NCBI RefSeq assembly: GCF_004010195.1
Contig: NC_057754.1
Span: forward strand, 4,940,773 to 5,004,772
DNA length: 64,000 nt
Direction: 5' to 3'
Source of the DNA: Chiloscyllium plagiosum
Lineage: Eukaryota
How positions within the stretch are numbered: the stretch's first letter is position 1; each line of letters starts with the position of its first letter. Shown in pieces: positions 36,779-49,129 of this stretch. A program made the translations under genes and the position numbers. Below the pieces are notes generated by a model that saw only the letters and a program-made list of their open reading frames with translations, was not told the origin of the DNA and did no database searches.

Positions 36779-37239
36779 TCTCAGACTGAGTGATTCTGCC
36801 CAACATAAACAGACCCCAACACTAGAAGCGTTGAGTTGATACCAACTTCAAATGGCTAATTGTCCCGTCAATTCCTCAAGTTGAAACTCTCAGTCTGCTC
36901 CTTTTGAGTGCACATTTAAACAGACCCTAGGAATGGGGTGCTGCCTTGCCAAAAGTTGCCTTCTTTATCATGAAAGTGCATTAAAAGGAGGCCCAACCTG
37001 CCTGTGCAGATGGACAATAACAAACCTGTCTCACATGAAGAAAAACAAGGCTCCCACACATTGCAGCATTCCATTCAACCAGCACTGGAAGTGAGAAAAA
37101 AATTGCTTAACTCATCATTCTCCTCTTTACTGTTTGCAGCACATTGCTACAGTTGAAAGTTGCAGTTTCAATCTTCACAAAAGTTATTGTTTTCAAAGAA
37201 AATTCATAATGTAAATTGATTCAAGACTTTTGACAGTAT

Positions 37240-38491
37240 AGAGTCATATAGTACAACACGAAACAGACCCTTTGGTCAAATTTGTCCATGCCAACCAGAT
37301 ATCCTAACCTAATCTAGTGCCATTTGCCAGCACTTGGCTCATATCCCATTTCAGTCTTCGCATTCATATACCCATCGTGATGCCTTTTAAATGCTGTAAT
37401 TATACCAGCCTCCACCACTTCCTCTGACAGCAGCACCACCCTCTGTGAGAAAATGTTGCCCCTTAGGCCCCTTTTATATCTTTCCCCTCTCACCCTAAAC
37501 CTATGTCCTCTAGTTCTGGACTCCCCCACCCTAGGGAAAAGACATTGCCTATTTATCCTATCCATGCCTCTCATGACTTTATAAACCTCTCTAATATCAC
37601 CCCTCATCCTCTGAAGCTCCAGGGAAAACAGCCTCAGCCTATTCAGCCTCTCCCTATAGCTTAAATCCTCCAACCTTGGCAACACCTTTTGTAAATCTTT
37701 TCTGAACTCTTTCAAGTTACACAACATCCTTCCAATAGGAAGGAGACCAGAATTGCATGCAATATTCCAAAAGTGGACTAACCAAAGTCCTATACAGCCG
37801 CAACGTGACCTCCCAACTCCTATACTCAATGCTCTGGCCAATAAAGGAAAGCATACCAAACACCTTCACTCTCCAATCTACCTGCAACTCCACTTTCAAG
37901 AAATTATGAATCTGCACTCCAAGGTCTCTGTTCAGCAACAATCCCCAGAACCTTACCATTAAGTGTATAAGTCCTGTTCTGATCTGCTTTTCCAAAATGC
38001 AGCATCTTGCGTTTATCTAAATTAAACTCCATCTGCCACTCCTCAGCCCATTGGCCTATCTGATCAAGATCCTGTTGTACTCTGAGGTGACTTTTTTCAC
38101 TGTCCATTGCACCTCCGATTGTCATGTCATCAGCAAATTTACTAACTATACCTCCTATTTTCATATCCACATCATTTATATAAATGACGAAAAGCAGTGG
38201 ACCCAGCACCGATCCTTGTGGCACACCACTGGTCACAGGCCTCCAGTCTGAAAAGCAACCCTCCACCACCATCCTCTGTCTTCTACCTTCAAGCCAGTTC
38301 TGTATCTAAATGGCTAGTTCTCCTTGTATTCCAATAGATCTAACCTTGCTAACCAGTCTCCCATGGGGAACCTTGTCAAACGCCTTACTGAAGTCCATAT
38401 AGATCACGTTGACTGCTCTGCCCTCATCAATCCTCTTTGTTACTTCTTCAAAAAACTGAATCAAGTTCATGATACATGATTTCCCACGCAC
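37240..38491 (-). mobile_element. CR1/HER1-type LINE, 5'-truncated (~1.25 kb)
   Basis: YMDFSKAFDKVPH, SGVPQGSVLGPLLFVIYIND, KFADD, PLLEYCMQFWSP; tail tagagtcata. Confidence 0.92.
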
Positions 38492-38692
38492 TAGTGGAAG
38501 AGTTAGATGGTTGCACTACCTACTTCAATAAGTAGATTTTTGTTTAGATCAGTTTGAATAGAAATTTTCTGCTTTTGATTATCCTTCTTTAGTAATTCGA
38601 AGGCTTGAAGACCATGACTCCCATATGTCTGCTGATACTAGTACCATTGTAGATTCCAGTTTAAATTTCATTTCAAATGTTACAATTTTCAG

Positions 38693-38783
38693 ACACAGAA
38701 GGAATCGTAAAGCTGCCAGCGACCTTGCCAGCCGACTCAAGGATAACTTGGAGCTGCAGAAATTCCTTCAAGATTGCCAGGAG
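38693..38783 (+). CDS. SPTBN2: Beta-spectrin exon, 91 bp
   Basis: tttcag|A CAC...CAG GAG|gtaatt; HRRNRKAASDLASRLKDNLELQKFLQDCQE. Confidence 0.96.
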
Positions 38784-39907
38784 GTAATTTTAATTTCATT
38801 TGGTTGGAGTATACAGGCCTTGGTACTGACCACATAAAGCACTACGGATTCCATGATGGGAATGCTTTAAAGTGAACAGGAAATGTCCAGTGGTCTACAT
38901 GTTCTGAATCTGTATGGTAACATGGGTGATTATGCAGGTAATTTTTGAAAGCAAGTTGGATGTATACTTGAAAAGGGGAACTTTGCAGGGCTGAGCAGGA
39001 GGAGAGCCAGCACAGAGATGTTCTGATAAATGATCACCTCCTCTCCTGTGAGAATCTAGACTGAGATTAACCAGGTCAACAGGGTTAGAAGCATTTTACA
39101 GAAACTTATACTGTGGAGTAACCCAAAATAGGTAGGACTGTGTTCTCAATTTTCAGAGGCATCTTTCAAACCTAAATATTCCTCAGAGAGAAAATCATTG
39201 ATAGTTCAACCCCCACCCCCTCCCCAAAAACTCGGTATAGTAGCTGTGCTTCACAGTTGAACCTAAAATTGTACACAAGCTTAAAAAAAAGCCTGTTTCG
39301 TTGATCAGACTGATCACAGATCTTCTCTGTACACTTGACAAGATTTGCTCTTGTGCATCTCCTAGTGGCCCTTTATAGAAGAGTTTTCACAGATTCCTGG
39401 GAATAGGTCAACAAAGCAAAATCAAAAGAAACCCCAAAGGAAACATTTATAAATATTTAAAAAGTGCTTCTGGTTATAGTCATGCATAAAAGTCATTCTC
39501 TAAAAATACCACACTACAGATACACACACATTAAAGAATGAATCAAATTATGTTAGCTTGAAGTCATTTGTACTGAACATAAAAGACCTCGAGTCTGGCA
39601 AGAACAGATGCAGAATGGTGCCTGCAGAGTGCAGTGTAAGTGCCATCTAATTAAAGTGACAGTCTGAGGTGGAAAGGTTTAATGGCAGAAAGTGTAGCTA
39701 GCATTAGAGTTGTGGGGTCAAAGTCTGTGATTTCATGATAAGTGCTATGGAGGCATATAAAAATGTCATGCATACTGTGACCATTTGAATTGCGAAAATC
39801 AACCAAAACAGTTAAATTATGCATTGTGCCCAAATGTGTTCAGCTAAATAATACTAGAGTATCGTGCAGGACTATAGTTTGGTCACAGGTAGAATAGGTT
39901 GAGGTAA

Positions 39908-40485
39908 TAGAGTCATAGAGATGTACAGCATAGAAACAGACCCTTCATCAAACTCGCCTATGCGGACCAGATATCCTAAATTGATTTAGTCCCATTTGCC
40001 AGCATTTGGCCCATATCCCATTAAACCCTTTCTGTTCGTATACTCATTCTGATACTCTTTCAAGGTTACGCAAGCCTCCACCACTTCCTCTGGCAGTTCA
40101 TTCTATACACCCTCTGCATGAAAAAATTGCCCTTAGGCCCCTCTTAAATCTTTCCACTTTCATCTTAAACCTATACCCTCTAGTTTTGGACTTGTTATCC
40201 TGGGGAAAAGACCTTGACTATTTACTCTATTCATGCCCTCATGATTTTATAAACCTCTATAAAGTCACCCCTCAGCCTCCAATGCTCCAGGGAAAATAGT
40301 CCCAACCTGTTCTTATAACTCAAATCCTCCAATCCTAGCAGCATCCTTGTAAATCTTTTCTGCACCCCTTCAAGTTTTACAAAATGTTTCCTATAGCACT
40401 GAGACAAGAATTGAATGCAGAATTCCAAAGGTGACCTAACCAATACCCTGTACAGCTGCAACATGACCTCCCAACTCCTATACTG
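39908..40485 (-). mobile_element. CR1/HER1-type 3' fragment
   Basis: LQLYRVLVRSPLEFCIQF...SLEHWRLRGDFIEVYKIM. Confidence 0.88.
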
Positions 40486-41054
40486 AAATGATCAAAAGCA
40501 TTGCAAAAGAAGTGTATTGACACTGTGAACAAATTAATCCACCTGATTAACTAAAGTGTATCAGCTACAGATAAAGGAAAAATGCGATTTGTAGCACTGA
40601 CCTGTACCTCTGTTCCCAGAGTTAATTTGCAAAATAGTCCAAACTCGTTTTAGCTCGCTTTCCAGAATTCAAAGCATGCTGCCATTTGTTGATTAAATTA
40701 ATCCAGCTTCCTGGTCCCTGCCATGCTCCCTGATCAGGATGGCTTGCTGTCATCTGCTCAAAATATAGCTGACTGTGTAATTGAAATGACAAAGAACAGC
40801 GGTGGGAGGGATATGAAGATGCATATAGCAGCTTCAAAAATAAATCCTTTGCTCCAGAGATACGTTTACGCAGTTGTTTAAAAGACATAATTGCAAGTCC
40901 ACACTCACTTCTTTCCATCCATCTTCATCTAAACCCACCAATGTATCATCTGTCCTTTTGAATACTCAGCTCGATTTTTTTTTTGTTGGATAATAGATTT
41001 CATGAGATATGGAGCATTGAGATAAACTGAATTAAGATCAACCATGATCTAAAC

Positions 41055-42365
41055 CATAGAACAGTACAGCTTAGTACAGACCCATTGGGCCTCGATGTTG
41101 TGCGACCTTTTATCCTAAGATCAAACTAAGTTACATACCCTTCATTTTACTATCGTCCATATGCCTATCCAAGAGTCGCTTAAATGTCCCTAATGTATCT
41201 GACTCTACTACCGCTGCTGCCAGTGCATTCCATGCACCCACCAGTCTCTGTGTAAAGAATTACCTCTGACATCTCCCCTAAAGCTTCCTCCAACCACCTT
41301 AAAATTATGACCCCTTGTGATAGCCATTTCCACCCTGGGAAAAAAATCTCTGACTAACCATTCTATCTATGTGTCTCATCATCTTGTACACCTCTATTAC
41401 GTCACCTCTAATAGTTCTTCACGCCATTGAGAAAAGCCATAGCTTCATCAAACTTTTTTCATAAGACATGCTCTCCAGTTCAGGCAGCATCCTGGTAAAT
41501 TTCCACTGCACACTCTCTAAAGCTTCCACATCCTTCCTGTAATGAGGTGACCAGAACTGAACACAGTATTCCAAGTGTGGTCTAACCAGGGCTTTATAGA
41601 ACTGCAGCATAACGTCGTAGCCCTTAAACTCAGTACCCCTGCTAATGAAAGCCAACACACTATATGCCTTCTTAACAGCCCCATCAACTTGGGTGGCAAC
41701 TTTGAGGGATCTATGGACATGGACCCCACAATCCCTCAGTTCCTCCACACTGCTAAGAATCCTGCCTTTAACCCTGTAATCTGCATTCAGATTTGACCTT
41801 CCAAAATGAATCATTTCACACTTTTCCGGGTTGCACTCTATCTGCCACTTATTAGCCCAGCTCTATATCCTGTCAATGTCCCTTGCAACCAAGAACAGCC
41901 ACACTATCCACAACTCCATCATCGGCAAACTTAATATCCCACCCTTCCATTTTCTCATCCAAGTCATTCTTAAAAGTCACAAAGAACAGAGGTCCCAGAA
42001 CAGATTCCTGCCAAACACCTGTGGTCACCATGCTCCAGGCTGAATTCTTTCTATCTACTACCACCCTCTGTTTTCTAAGGGCCAGCCAATTCTGTATCCA
42101 GACAGCCAACCTTCCCTATATCCCATGCCTCCTTACTTTCTGAATGAGCCTACCACGGGGAACCTTATGAAACATATACGCCTAAAATCCATATACATAT
42201 CTTCCACTGCTCTACCCATATCATTGTGTTTTGTCACATCCTCAAAGAATTCATTAAGACTTGTGAGGCATGACTTGCCCGTCACAAAGCCATGCTGACT
42301 ATCTGTAGTCAAACTATGCTTTTTCAAAATCATAAATCCTGTCTCTCAGAATTCTCTCCAATAAT
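41055..42365 (-). mobile_element. CR1 LINE (another subfamily), 5'-truncated
   Basis: QHGFVTGKSCLTSL, KFADD, LVRPHLEYCVQFWSPHYRKD; same subfamily as 49130-50950. Confidence 0.92.
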
Positions 42366-42440
42366 CAATGGTAGAAAAAGAGGCACAGGGAGTTGAATGA
42401 CCTGTTCTTGTAATTGCCTTTTTTTGTCTATTTTGCCCAG

Positions 42441-42587
42441 CTCACACTCTGGATCAATGAAAAGATGTTGACGGCCCAAGATATGTCATACGATGAGGCT
42501 CGAAATCTTCACACTAAGTGGCAGAAGCACCAAGCCTTCATGGCAGAACTTGCTTCCAATAAGGACTGGCTGGACAAGATAGACAGG
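42441..42587 (+). CDS. SPTBN2: Beta-spectrin exon, 147 bp
   Basis: gcccag|CTC ACA...GAC AGG|gtaatc; [49 protein letters not shown]. Confidence 0.97.
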
Positions 42588-43061
42588 GTAATCATATCTG
42601 AGTGCAACCAGCATTGTATGAATATGCCGCATTTATATTTCCTAAATACATTTTAAAATATACTGCATTTCACTGGAACAAGAAGTGGTGCAACAGATTT
42701 CATAGTTAGAAGCCTGTAATCAGGTATCGGCACCAATTCCGTTTGTAGATACACTGAGATCGTGCACCAGATGAACACTTCCTTCTTGGCTGTCTGGCTA
42801 CCGGCCTCTCTCTGCCTCAATACTACTTGCCAACTTGTTTTCTTCCTCACGGGGAGTGGTAAACAGTTGTGATTGTGGGGGAGGCATTAAGAGCCACTTG
42901 TGGAATGGCCAGGGAATTAGTGAGCATGGTGGCTAAATTTTGAGAGTAGGGCAGGAAGCAAATTGAAATCCCAGGATGTGAAAAAGATAAATTTTATTGG
43001 TGCTGCGCTTGCTAAAATTTATTTTCATTGTTCAGTTCTGTGGATGGTGATATTTGATGTA

Positions 43062-43264
43062 ATGAAGTGGAGGTGCCGGTGTTGGGTTGGGCAAAGTCAG
43101 AAGTCACACAACATCAGGTTATAGTCCAAAGAGTTTATTTGAAATTGCAAGCTTTCAGGGAGCACTACTCCTTCATCAGGTAAAGTCACTTCATCTGACG
43201 AAGGAGCAGTGCTCCGAAAACGTGCGATTTCCAATAAAACTGTTGGACTATAACCTGATGCCTT
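43062..43264. mobile_element. Fold-back Penelope-derived short element with two hammerhead cores
   Basis: 15-bp direct repeat GTGATATTTGATGTA (43047-43061 / 43265-43279); inverted arms ~43104-43180 / ~43194-43268; CTGACGA-A-GGAGC-agt-GCTCC-GAAA at 43195-43219. Confidence 0.85.
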
Positions 43265-44245
43265 GTGATATTTGATGTACAAAGTTATCTGTGGTGGCAC
43301 TAACTGTGCGAACCCTGCAATCATGGTGGTGGCAAATGCATCCTTAAAAATAAAGGTAGAGAAGGAGATGATTCCTTCAGAAACAATAATCACTTTTATC
43401 TCCTGAGGCAGGAACTGATGTCTGCTGGATTATTGAGATGATTTATACTGTGGAGTTACAGAAAGAAATAAAAATAACAGACATTAAAAGAATGTATTCA
43501 TTTCCTTAATACTGCTGACCTGTTTTTAGGGGTGGGGTGGTAAGATGGGCATGATGATGGTACCAACTTACATCATCAAATGAATACAAATGTTAACTCT
43601 AATGTCAGCCAGATCCAGTGAATGTGAACCTAAGGATTCAATAAAGTGATTCTTGCTGGCTACATGATATAGAAAATTCCTGGGAGCCATTTGGATATTA
43701 ATAGAAGGACTGGGACTCTTTAAATTGTTTGGGAGGAAAATGCATTTTCTTCAATTTTTAGCAGACTTGAATTTGTATTATTGTAAGCTTTGTGTTTGAA
43801 TGAGTAGTATTTCTTTTGTTTTTGAATCTCCAATTTGTCAAAATTTCCCCCTCCCATTCCTGAAGATTCTGATTCTTGTCAAGGCACACTTACAGTTTGC
43901 CTGGGGCAAAGTCCTGTGTAATTGTGTGAAACTCTTTGTAGTGCGTGGTAAGTGGCATTAACGTCGAGCTGGATCTCATCCACAGCCTTAATGTAGTTCC
44001 AGCAGGAGACACGATTGCATTCTCAAGAGTGAGAGCTCTGGATGTTTTCACTTTGCTCGTGTTTTTTTTAAATTCTTTCATGGGGTGGATTGTTACTGAC
44101 AAGGCCAGTATTTGTTGCCCATCCCTAATTGCTCTCAAGAAGGTCAGTGCCTTTTTTTTAGTCATTCACAGGATGATGGAGTGTTACAACATGTCCAAAC
44201 AGTTGACTTGGAGCCTGCGGGTATCTGAACTACAAGTCAATCATA

Positions 44246-44550
44246 GGGTGGCAATATGGCTCCGTGGTTAGAACTGCTGCCTCACAGTACCAGTTCAATT
44301 CCACCCTCTGGCGACTGTGTAGAGTTTGCACATTCTCCCCATGTCTGTATGGGTTTCCTCTTGATACTTCAGTCTAAATATGTGCATGTTAGGCAGATTG
44401 GACGTGCTAAATTGCTCATAATGTCCAGGCATGTACAAGCTAAGTGAATTAGCTGTGGGAAATGCAGGGTTACAAGGATGGGGTAGAGGGTGGGTCTGGG
44501 TGGAATGCTGTTTGCAGGGTCAGTGTGGACATGATAGGCCAAATCCCCCA
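44246..44550 (+). mobile_element. HE1-like V-SINE (degenerate)
   Basis: tggctccgtggttagaactgctgcctcacag...gttcaattcc; core ggacgtgctaaattgc. Confidence 0.85.
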
Positions 44551-44627
44551 CATGTAGTTAATATATGATTCTGTAATTAAAACAACTAACAGACATTCTT
44601 TATTAATTAATCTACCTTGTTGTGCAG

Positions 44628-44891
44628 GATGGGAAGCAGTTGATATCTGAGAAGCCAGATACTGAACCCATTGTGGAGGAGAAACTCAAATACCTGCACA
44701 GGCTCTGGGATGATCTGGAATCCACCACCAAGACTAAAGCACAGTGTCTTTTTGATGCGAACCGCACTGAGTTATTCACACAGAGCTGTGCAGACCTGGA
44801 CACCTGGCTCAATAATCTGGATGCTCAACTGCAGTCTGATGATCACGGCAAAGATCTGACAAGTGTCAGCATCCTTCTGAAAAAGCAGCAG
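44628..44891 (+). CDS. SPTBN2: Beta-spectrin exon, 264 bp
   Basis: gtgcag|GAT GGG...CAG CAG|gtatgg; DGKQLISEKP...LFDANRTELFTQSC...ILLKKQQ. Confidence 0.96.
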
Positions 44892-45583
44892 GTATGGGTG
44901 CTGCACAATGCAGACTAAACATGGAAACTGTCCATTCAGTTTTTCAGCAGTCCATTTACTCTCCACGTTATGTATATCCCTCATTCCCTTCATTCACCAA
45001 AATTGTTGTTGTTCCTGCCTCACCTGCGAACACTGAACATGGATTCTACAGCTACAGAGCTGTGAAACGTTCCTTCTGCTCACTTTGTGAATCTCAAGCT
45101 AAAACTTGTATTTGTCACTGGAGGAAGGCATTTGAAGAAGTTAAATCTGACCGCTTCACTGAGCTGAATCGTAAAATGTCAAAAGTGATCAGATGTTCCT
45201 TGATGATTGCAAAATATTTAATAATTTTTTAAGAAGTTATGTTATAGTTTGAAAGGACAATGCTTAACTAACTCTTTGAACGTTTAGCAACTTGCTAGCA
45301 CTGAGCTAAGAGATGTAGCCATTTTGATTAATTAATTCTGTCCATGAACAATTTGTCAAGAGCATTAGTTACAAATAATCACCGGACTTTCTCTGAGTAT
45401 AACCCCACCATTTTCATCCTAAACCGGCTATCCAGAAATGTCTCTTGACTTATTTATTAGCTTCAGAATTATACTCAATTATTCCGGCTTAACATATCCG
45501 GAGCTAGGGAAAAAATATTGCTGTGCTTTGTTTTTTGATCCTGTATTGTTAATTTGATGCCCCATTCCCCTTGTGTCTTGAAG

Positions 45584-45808
45584 ATGCTGGAGAATCAGAT
45601 GAAAGTCCGACAGAAGGAGGTCGAAGAATTGAAGCTTCAAGCACAGGCACTTGGACAAGAGGATACTAACATTGTAGAGGTAGATTCCAAACGAAAGAGG
45701 GTAGAGGAACGATTCCAGGAGCTACTAAAACCTATTGAAGAAAGAAGGAGGAATCTCATGGCATCCAAAGAGGGCCATCAATTCAACAGGGATTTGGAGG
45801 ATGAAGTT
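45584..45808 (+). CDS. SPTBN2: Beta-spectrin exon, 225 bp
   Basis: ttgaag|ATG CTG...GAA GTT|gtaagt; MLENQMKVRQKEVEEL...HQFNRDLEDEV. Confidence 0.95.
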
Positions 45809-45870
45809 GTAAGTTCCCTTCTTAATATTTATCTTTAGCAGGCAATTTCTACTTGTACGTTCTTCTCACT

Positions 45871-46175
45871 TTGGTGGGCCGCACAGTGGTTAGCACTGTT
45901 GTGTCACAGCGCCAGAGACCCGGGTTCAATTCCCGCCTCAGGCGACTGACTGTGTGGAGTTTGCACATTCTCCCCGTGTCTGCGTGGGTTTTCTCCGGGT
46001 GCTCCGGTTTCCTCCCACAGTCCAAAGATGTGCAGGCCAGGTGAATTGGCCATGCTAAATTGCCCGTAGTGTTAGGTAAGGGGTAAATGTAGGGGTATGG
46101 GTGGGTTGCGCTTCGGCGGGTCGGTGTGGACTTGTTGGGCCGAATGGCCTGTTTCCACACTGTAATGTAATCTAA
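45871..46175 (+). mobile_element. HE1-like V-SINE, young copy
   Basis: tRNA-like head with B box GGTTCAATTCC (45923-45933); CpGs retained; tail taatgtaatctaa; candidate TSD TCACT (45866-45870 / 46176-46180). Confidence 0.92.
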
Positions 46176-46359
46176 TCACTACATGTCCGAAAGAATTAGG
46201 CAGATTTCTTGATGTCTCTGTGCTTCGAGTAGTGTGCAGACAAAAACTGAATGGTCATGGCCCTGTTTAATTTTCCATTATTAATTTACAATTAGTGGGC
46301 TTCTGTTGCCATGAGAAGGGGTAGAATGGCTCCCCTCTTCTTCCACTCCTTGTTTGACT

Positions 46360-46855
46360 TTTGAGTATAGGTGTTAGGATGTTGAGGTTATGCAGGGCAT
46401 TGGTGAGGCCTCTTCTGGAGTACAGCATCCAGTTCTGGTCTCCCTGTTAGGAAAGGATATTATTAAGCTAGAAAGGGTTCAGAATAGATTTACTAGGATG
46501 TTGCTGGGAATGGAGGGTTTGCATTATAAGGACAGGCTGGATTGGCTGGGACTTCCTTCACTGGAGTGTAGGTGGTTGAGGTTTGATCTTATAGAGGTTT
46601 ATGAAATAATGAGGGCTATAGATAAGGTGAATGGCAGGTGTATTTTCCCTCGGATGGGGGATTTCACGACTAGGGGACCTGCTTTTAAGCTGAGAGAAGA
46701 AAGATTTTAAAAAGACGGGCAATTTTTTTTACACAGAGAGTGGTTCGTGTGTGAAATGAACGTCCAGAGGAAGTGGTGGATGTGGGTACAGCTATAATGT
46801 TTAAAAGACATTTGGATCAGTACATGAATAAGAAATATTTGGAGGGAAATGGGCC
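46360..46855 (+). mobile_element. CR1 3' fragment
   Basis: KDIIKLERVQNRFTRML...SLECRWLRFDLIEVYEIM. Confidence 0.88.
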
Positions 46856-48087
46856 ATTGGTGGATGATATTTCTTTTGTCTTCTGGAGTCAGAACTTATT
46901 GGATCCTGCTCATGGCGGGTAGGTTGTCAATTAACAGGCAGTGTTCAAGCTTCCAGGATTGAGAGAAAGAAAGGCAGCACCCACTCAGGATCTTCCTTCT
47001 TCTGCATCTCTTCTGTTTCTGCTCTCCTATCGTAGAGGGAAACAGTTACCTAATACACAAAAGAGGTGTAGTTAGCTAATCACATGATTCCTTCTCATCA
47101 ACTGATCAGTTAACCAAACCTCGGCATAAATTGATCAATAATTTAGACATCATGGCTAGAGAATTATCGATTTAGCCAAGGTCACTTGTTCAAAACGATT
47201 ATCTCTAATACTGGCTTGTTCCACAAACGTTTCAATATGCAGGTGCTGTCTGGATGTTTTGTGAGTAGGTCAGGAGCTAAGTCCTTCACATTCCTCTGTG
47301 CTGATTGTCTTTGATGGGTTGTGCTAAACACCATGAGTCAGTATTTTAGGGTACAACCATACAAATGTTCAGCCATTTTAAAAGTTTTTTTACGAACTGC
47401 TGCTATTCAGTCTTTCAAAACTCAACTCGTGGTTTCATCCCAATGAATAATTTAAGTCTTTTTAGATACAAACTACGAGTTTTGTTACAGACCTTTTTAG
47501 ATTATCACTTCTCCCTGCTCAATATTTCCCCTCTCCGTTGCACCCAGGTAATCCAAAACATACACGAGAAGTAATTCTGCCCCAACTAAGTTGCAGTCTC
47601 AATCCTCATCCAGTTGGCAATTCTTCACCTGAGTACAAATATCTATTCAATCCTGAAAGGCATTACAGAGGAACCTAACACTGTTGTCAGCCATGCATCT
47701 ATACCTTCACCAGGAATGAATGGATAATCAATCAGCAGTGAATCACAAATCACTTCTTTCCTCTTTCAATCCTAGGATGGCTGAGAGCAGTTACTACCAA
47801 ATAAACTGAGAATAGTTAACAAAGAAAATTTTGCTTTGATGTAGCACTGCAGAATGTCTCAGTGAATTGTTTCTGAAATTAAGTCACTGTTGATATTTAG
47901 GTAAACCCTGCAGCAGCTTTGTGATATACCACCCTTAAAACAGCAATAAATATAACAAATTACCAGTGAAGTCTTTTTTTCTTAATGTTAGTTGGGTAGG
48001 AAATTTTAGCTAATAATCCAGGGAAATATCTTTGCAGGAAGTTTTTTCTATGACCACAAGGAATGGCAAATATCTAATTTGGAGCAC

Positions 48088-48245
48088 ACAGAAAAAGAAA
48101 TTGCTTGAGCAACTCAGCAGGTCTGGCAGCATCTGTGAAGAGATATTAGGGTTAATTATTTTGCGTCCAGTCTAGTTCTGAGTTTCTCCAGCAATTTCTG
48201 TTTTTGTGTGTTTCAGATCTCTAGCATCCACAGTTCTTTGTTTTA
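48088..48245. mobile_element. Degenerate fold-back Penelope-derived short element
   Basis: aactcagcaggtctggcagcatctgtg arm and inverted tccagcaatttctgtttttg arm; same family as 59420-59553. Confidence 0.65.
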
Positions 48246-48634
48246 ATTCAGTTTGGAAGATGGCACTTTGGGCATTGCCGGGGTACTGCATCAGGAGTAT
48301 TACTTTGAATTGGGTATTCAAATACCACAGTCAAGGTTTAAGCCCATTATGGTCTTACTCAAAGGCCTAAAGCAAGCTGTTGAGATCACTAAACCAAGGG
48401 ATTGATCCTAGAACCTTCTTGGTTACAAGTGAAGCATCTATATGTGGACACAATGGGAGAGATTAATTTGTTTCACTACTAATGTTACTGCAACGGCCCT
48501 TTACATAAAAGCATGGAAAATGAGACATTTTCTGTTTTTTAAAAGATTTAGAATCTTGTCAGTTCAAAGAAAAGTTAACCCAACATTTATTGTTCTGATT
48601 TAGTTTCTCTATCTCTCTCTATCTCTATCTCTAG

Positions 48635-48724
48635 CTATGGATAAATGAACGGATGCCACTGGCAACCTCAACAGATCATGGCAACAACCTGCCAACTGTG
48701 CAGCTACTCATTAAAAAGAACCAG
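48635..48724 (+). CDS. SPTBN2: Beta-spectrin exon, 90 bp
   Basis: ctctag|CTA TGG...AAC CAG|gtaaga; [30 protein letters not shown]. Confidence 0.96.
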
Positions 48725-49129
48725 GTAAGATGAGAACTAGATATGGGCCATCTAATTGTACATATGTTTTGACAGGGTGCTAAAAGAGTCTCTAAACAGC
48801 TGCTTCTATTCATGTGTTTTGGACTAATAGAGTGTCAAATACTAGCTGTAATGTGTCTTGTCTTGGAACCGTTTGACCAGCTGTTAGATAGAAACTCTAC
48901 TGTACTATCTTTGCTCAGTGAAGCATTCAGATTACAATTATTCTCACCTTGCTATTAGTCAGAATTAAATGTCTAAGCTATTCTACTTTTCTGTTGCATC
49001 AGCCAGTCAGAATGTTAGAACTTGTTCACGAGGACAGAGCAAGTGTGATTTACATTAACTAATAATGAGAGACTGATATCAAGAGTATTGCAAGATGCAG
49101 ATTCAGTCATTCACTCTTCTTCTTTGGGA

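Noticed and set aside
45871..45940. tRNA gene
   Set aside because: The tRNA-like head runs directly into SINE body and tail and recurs in several degenerate copies; no complete cloverleaf.
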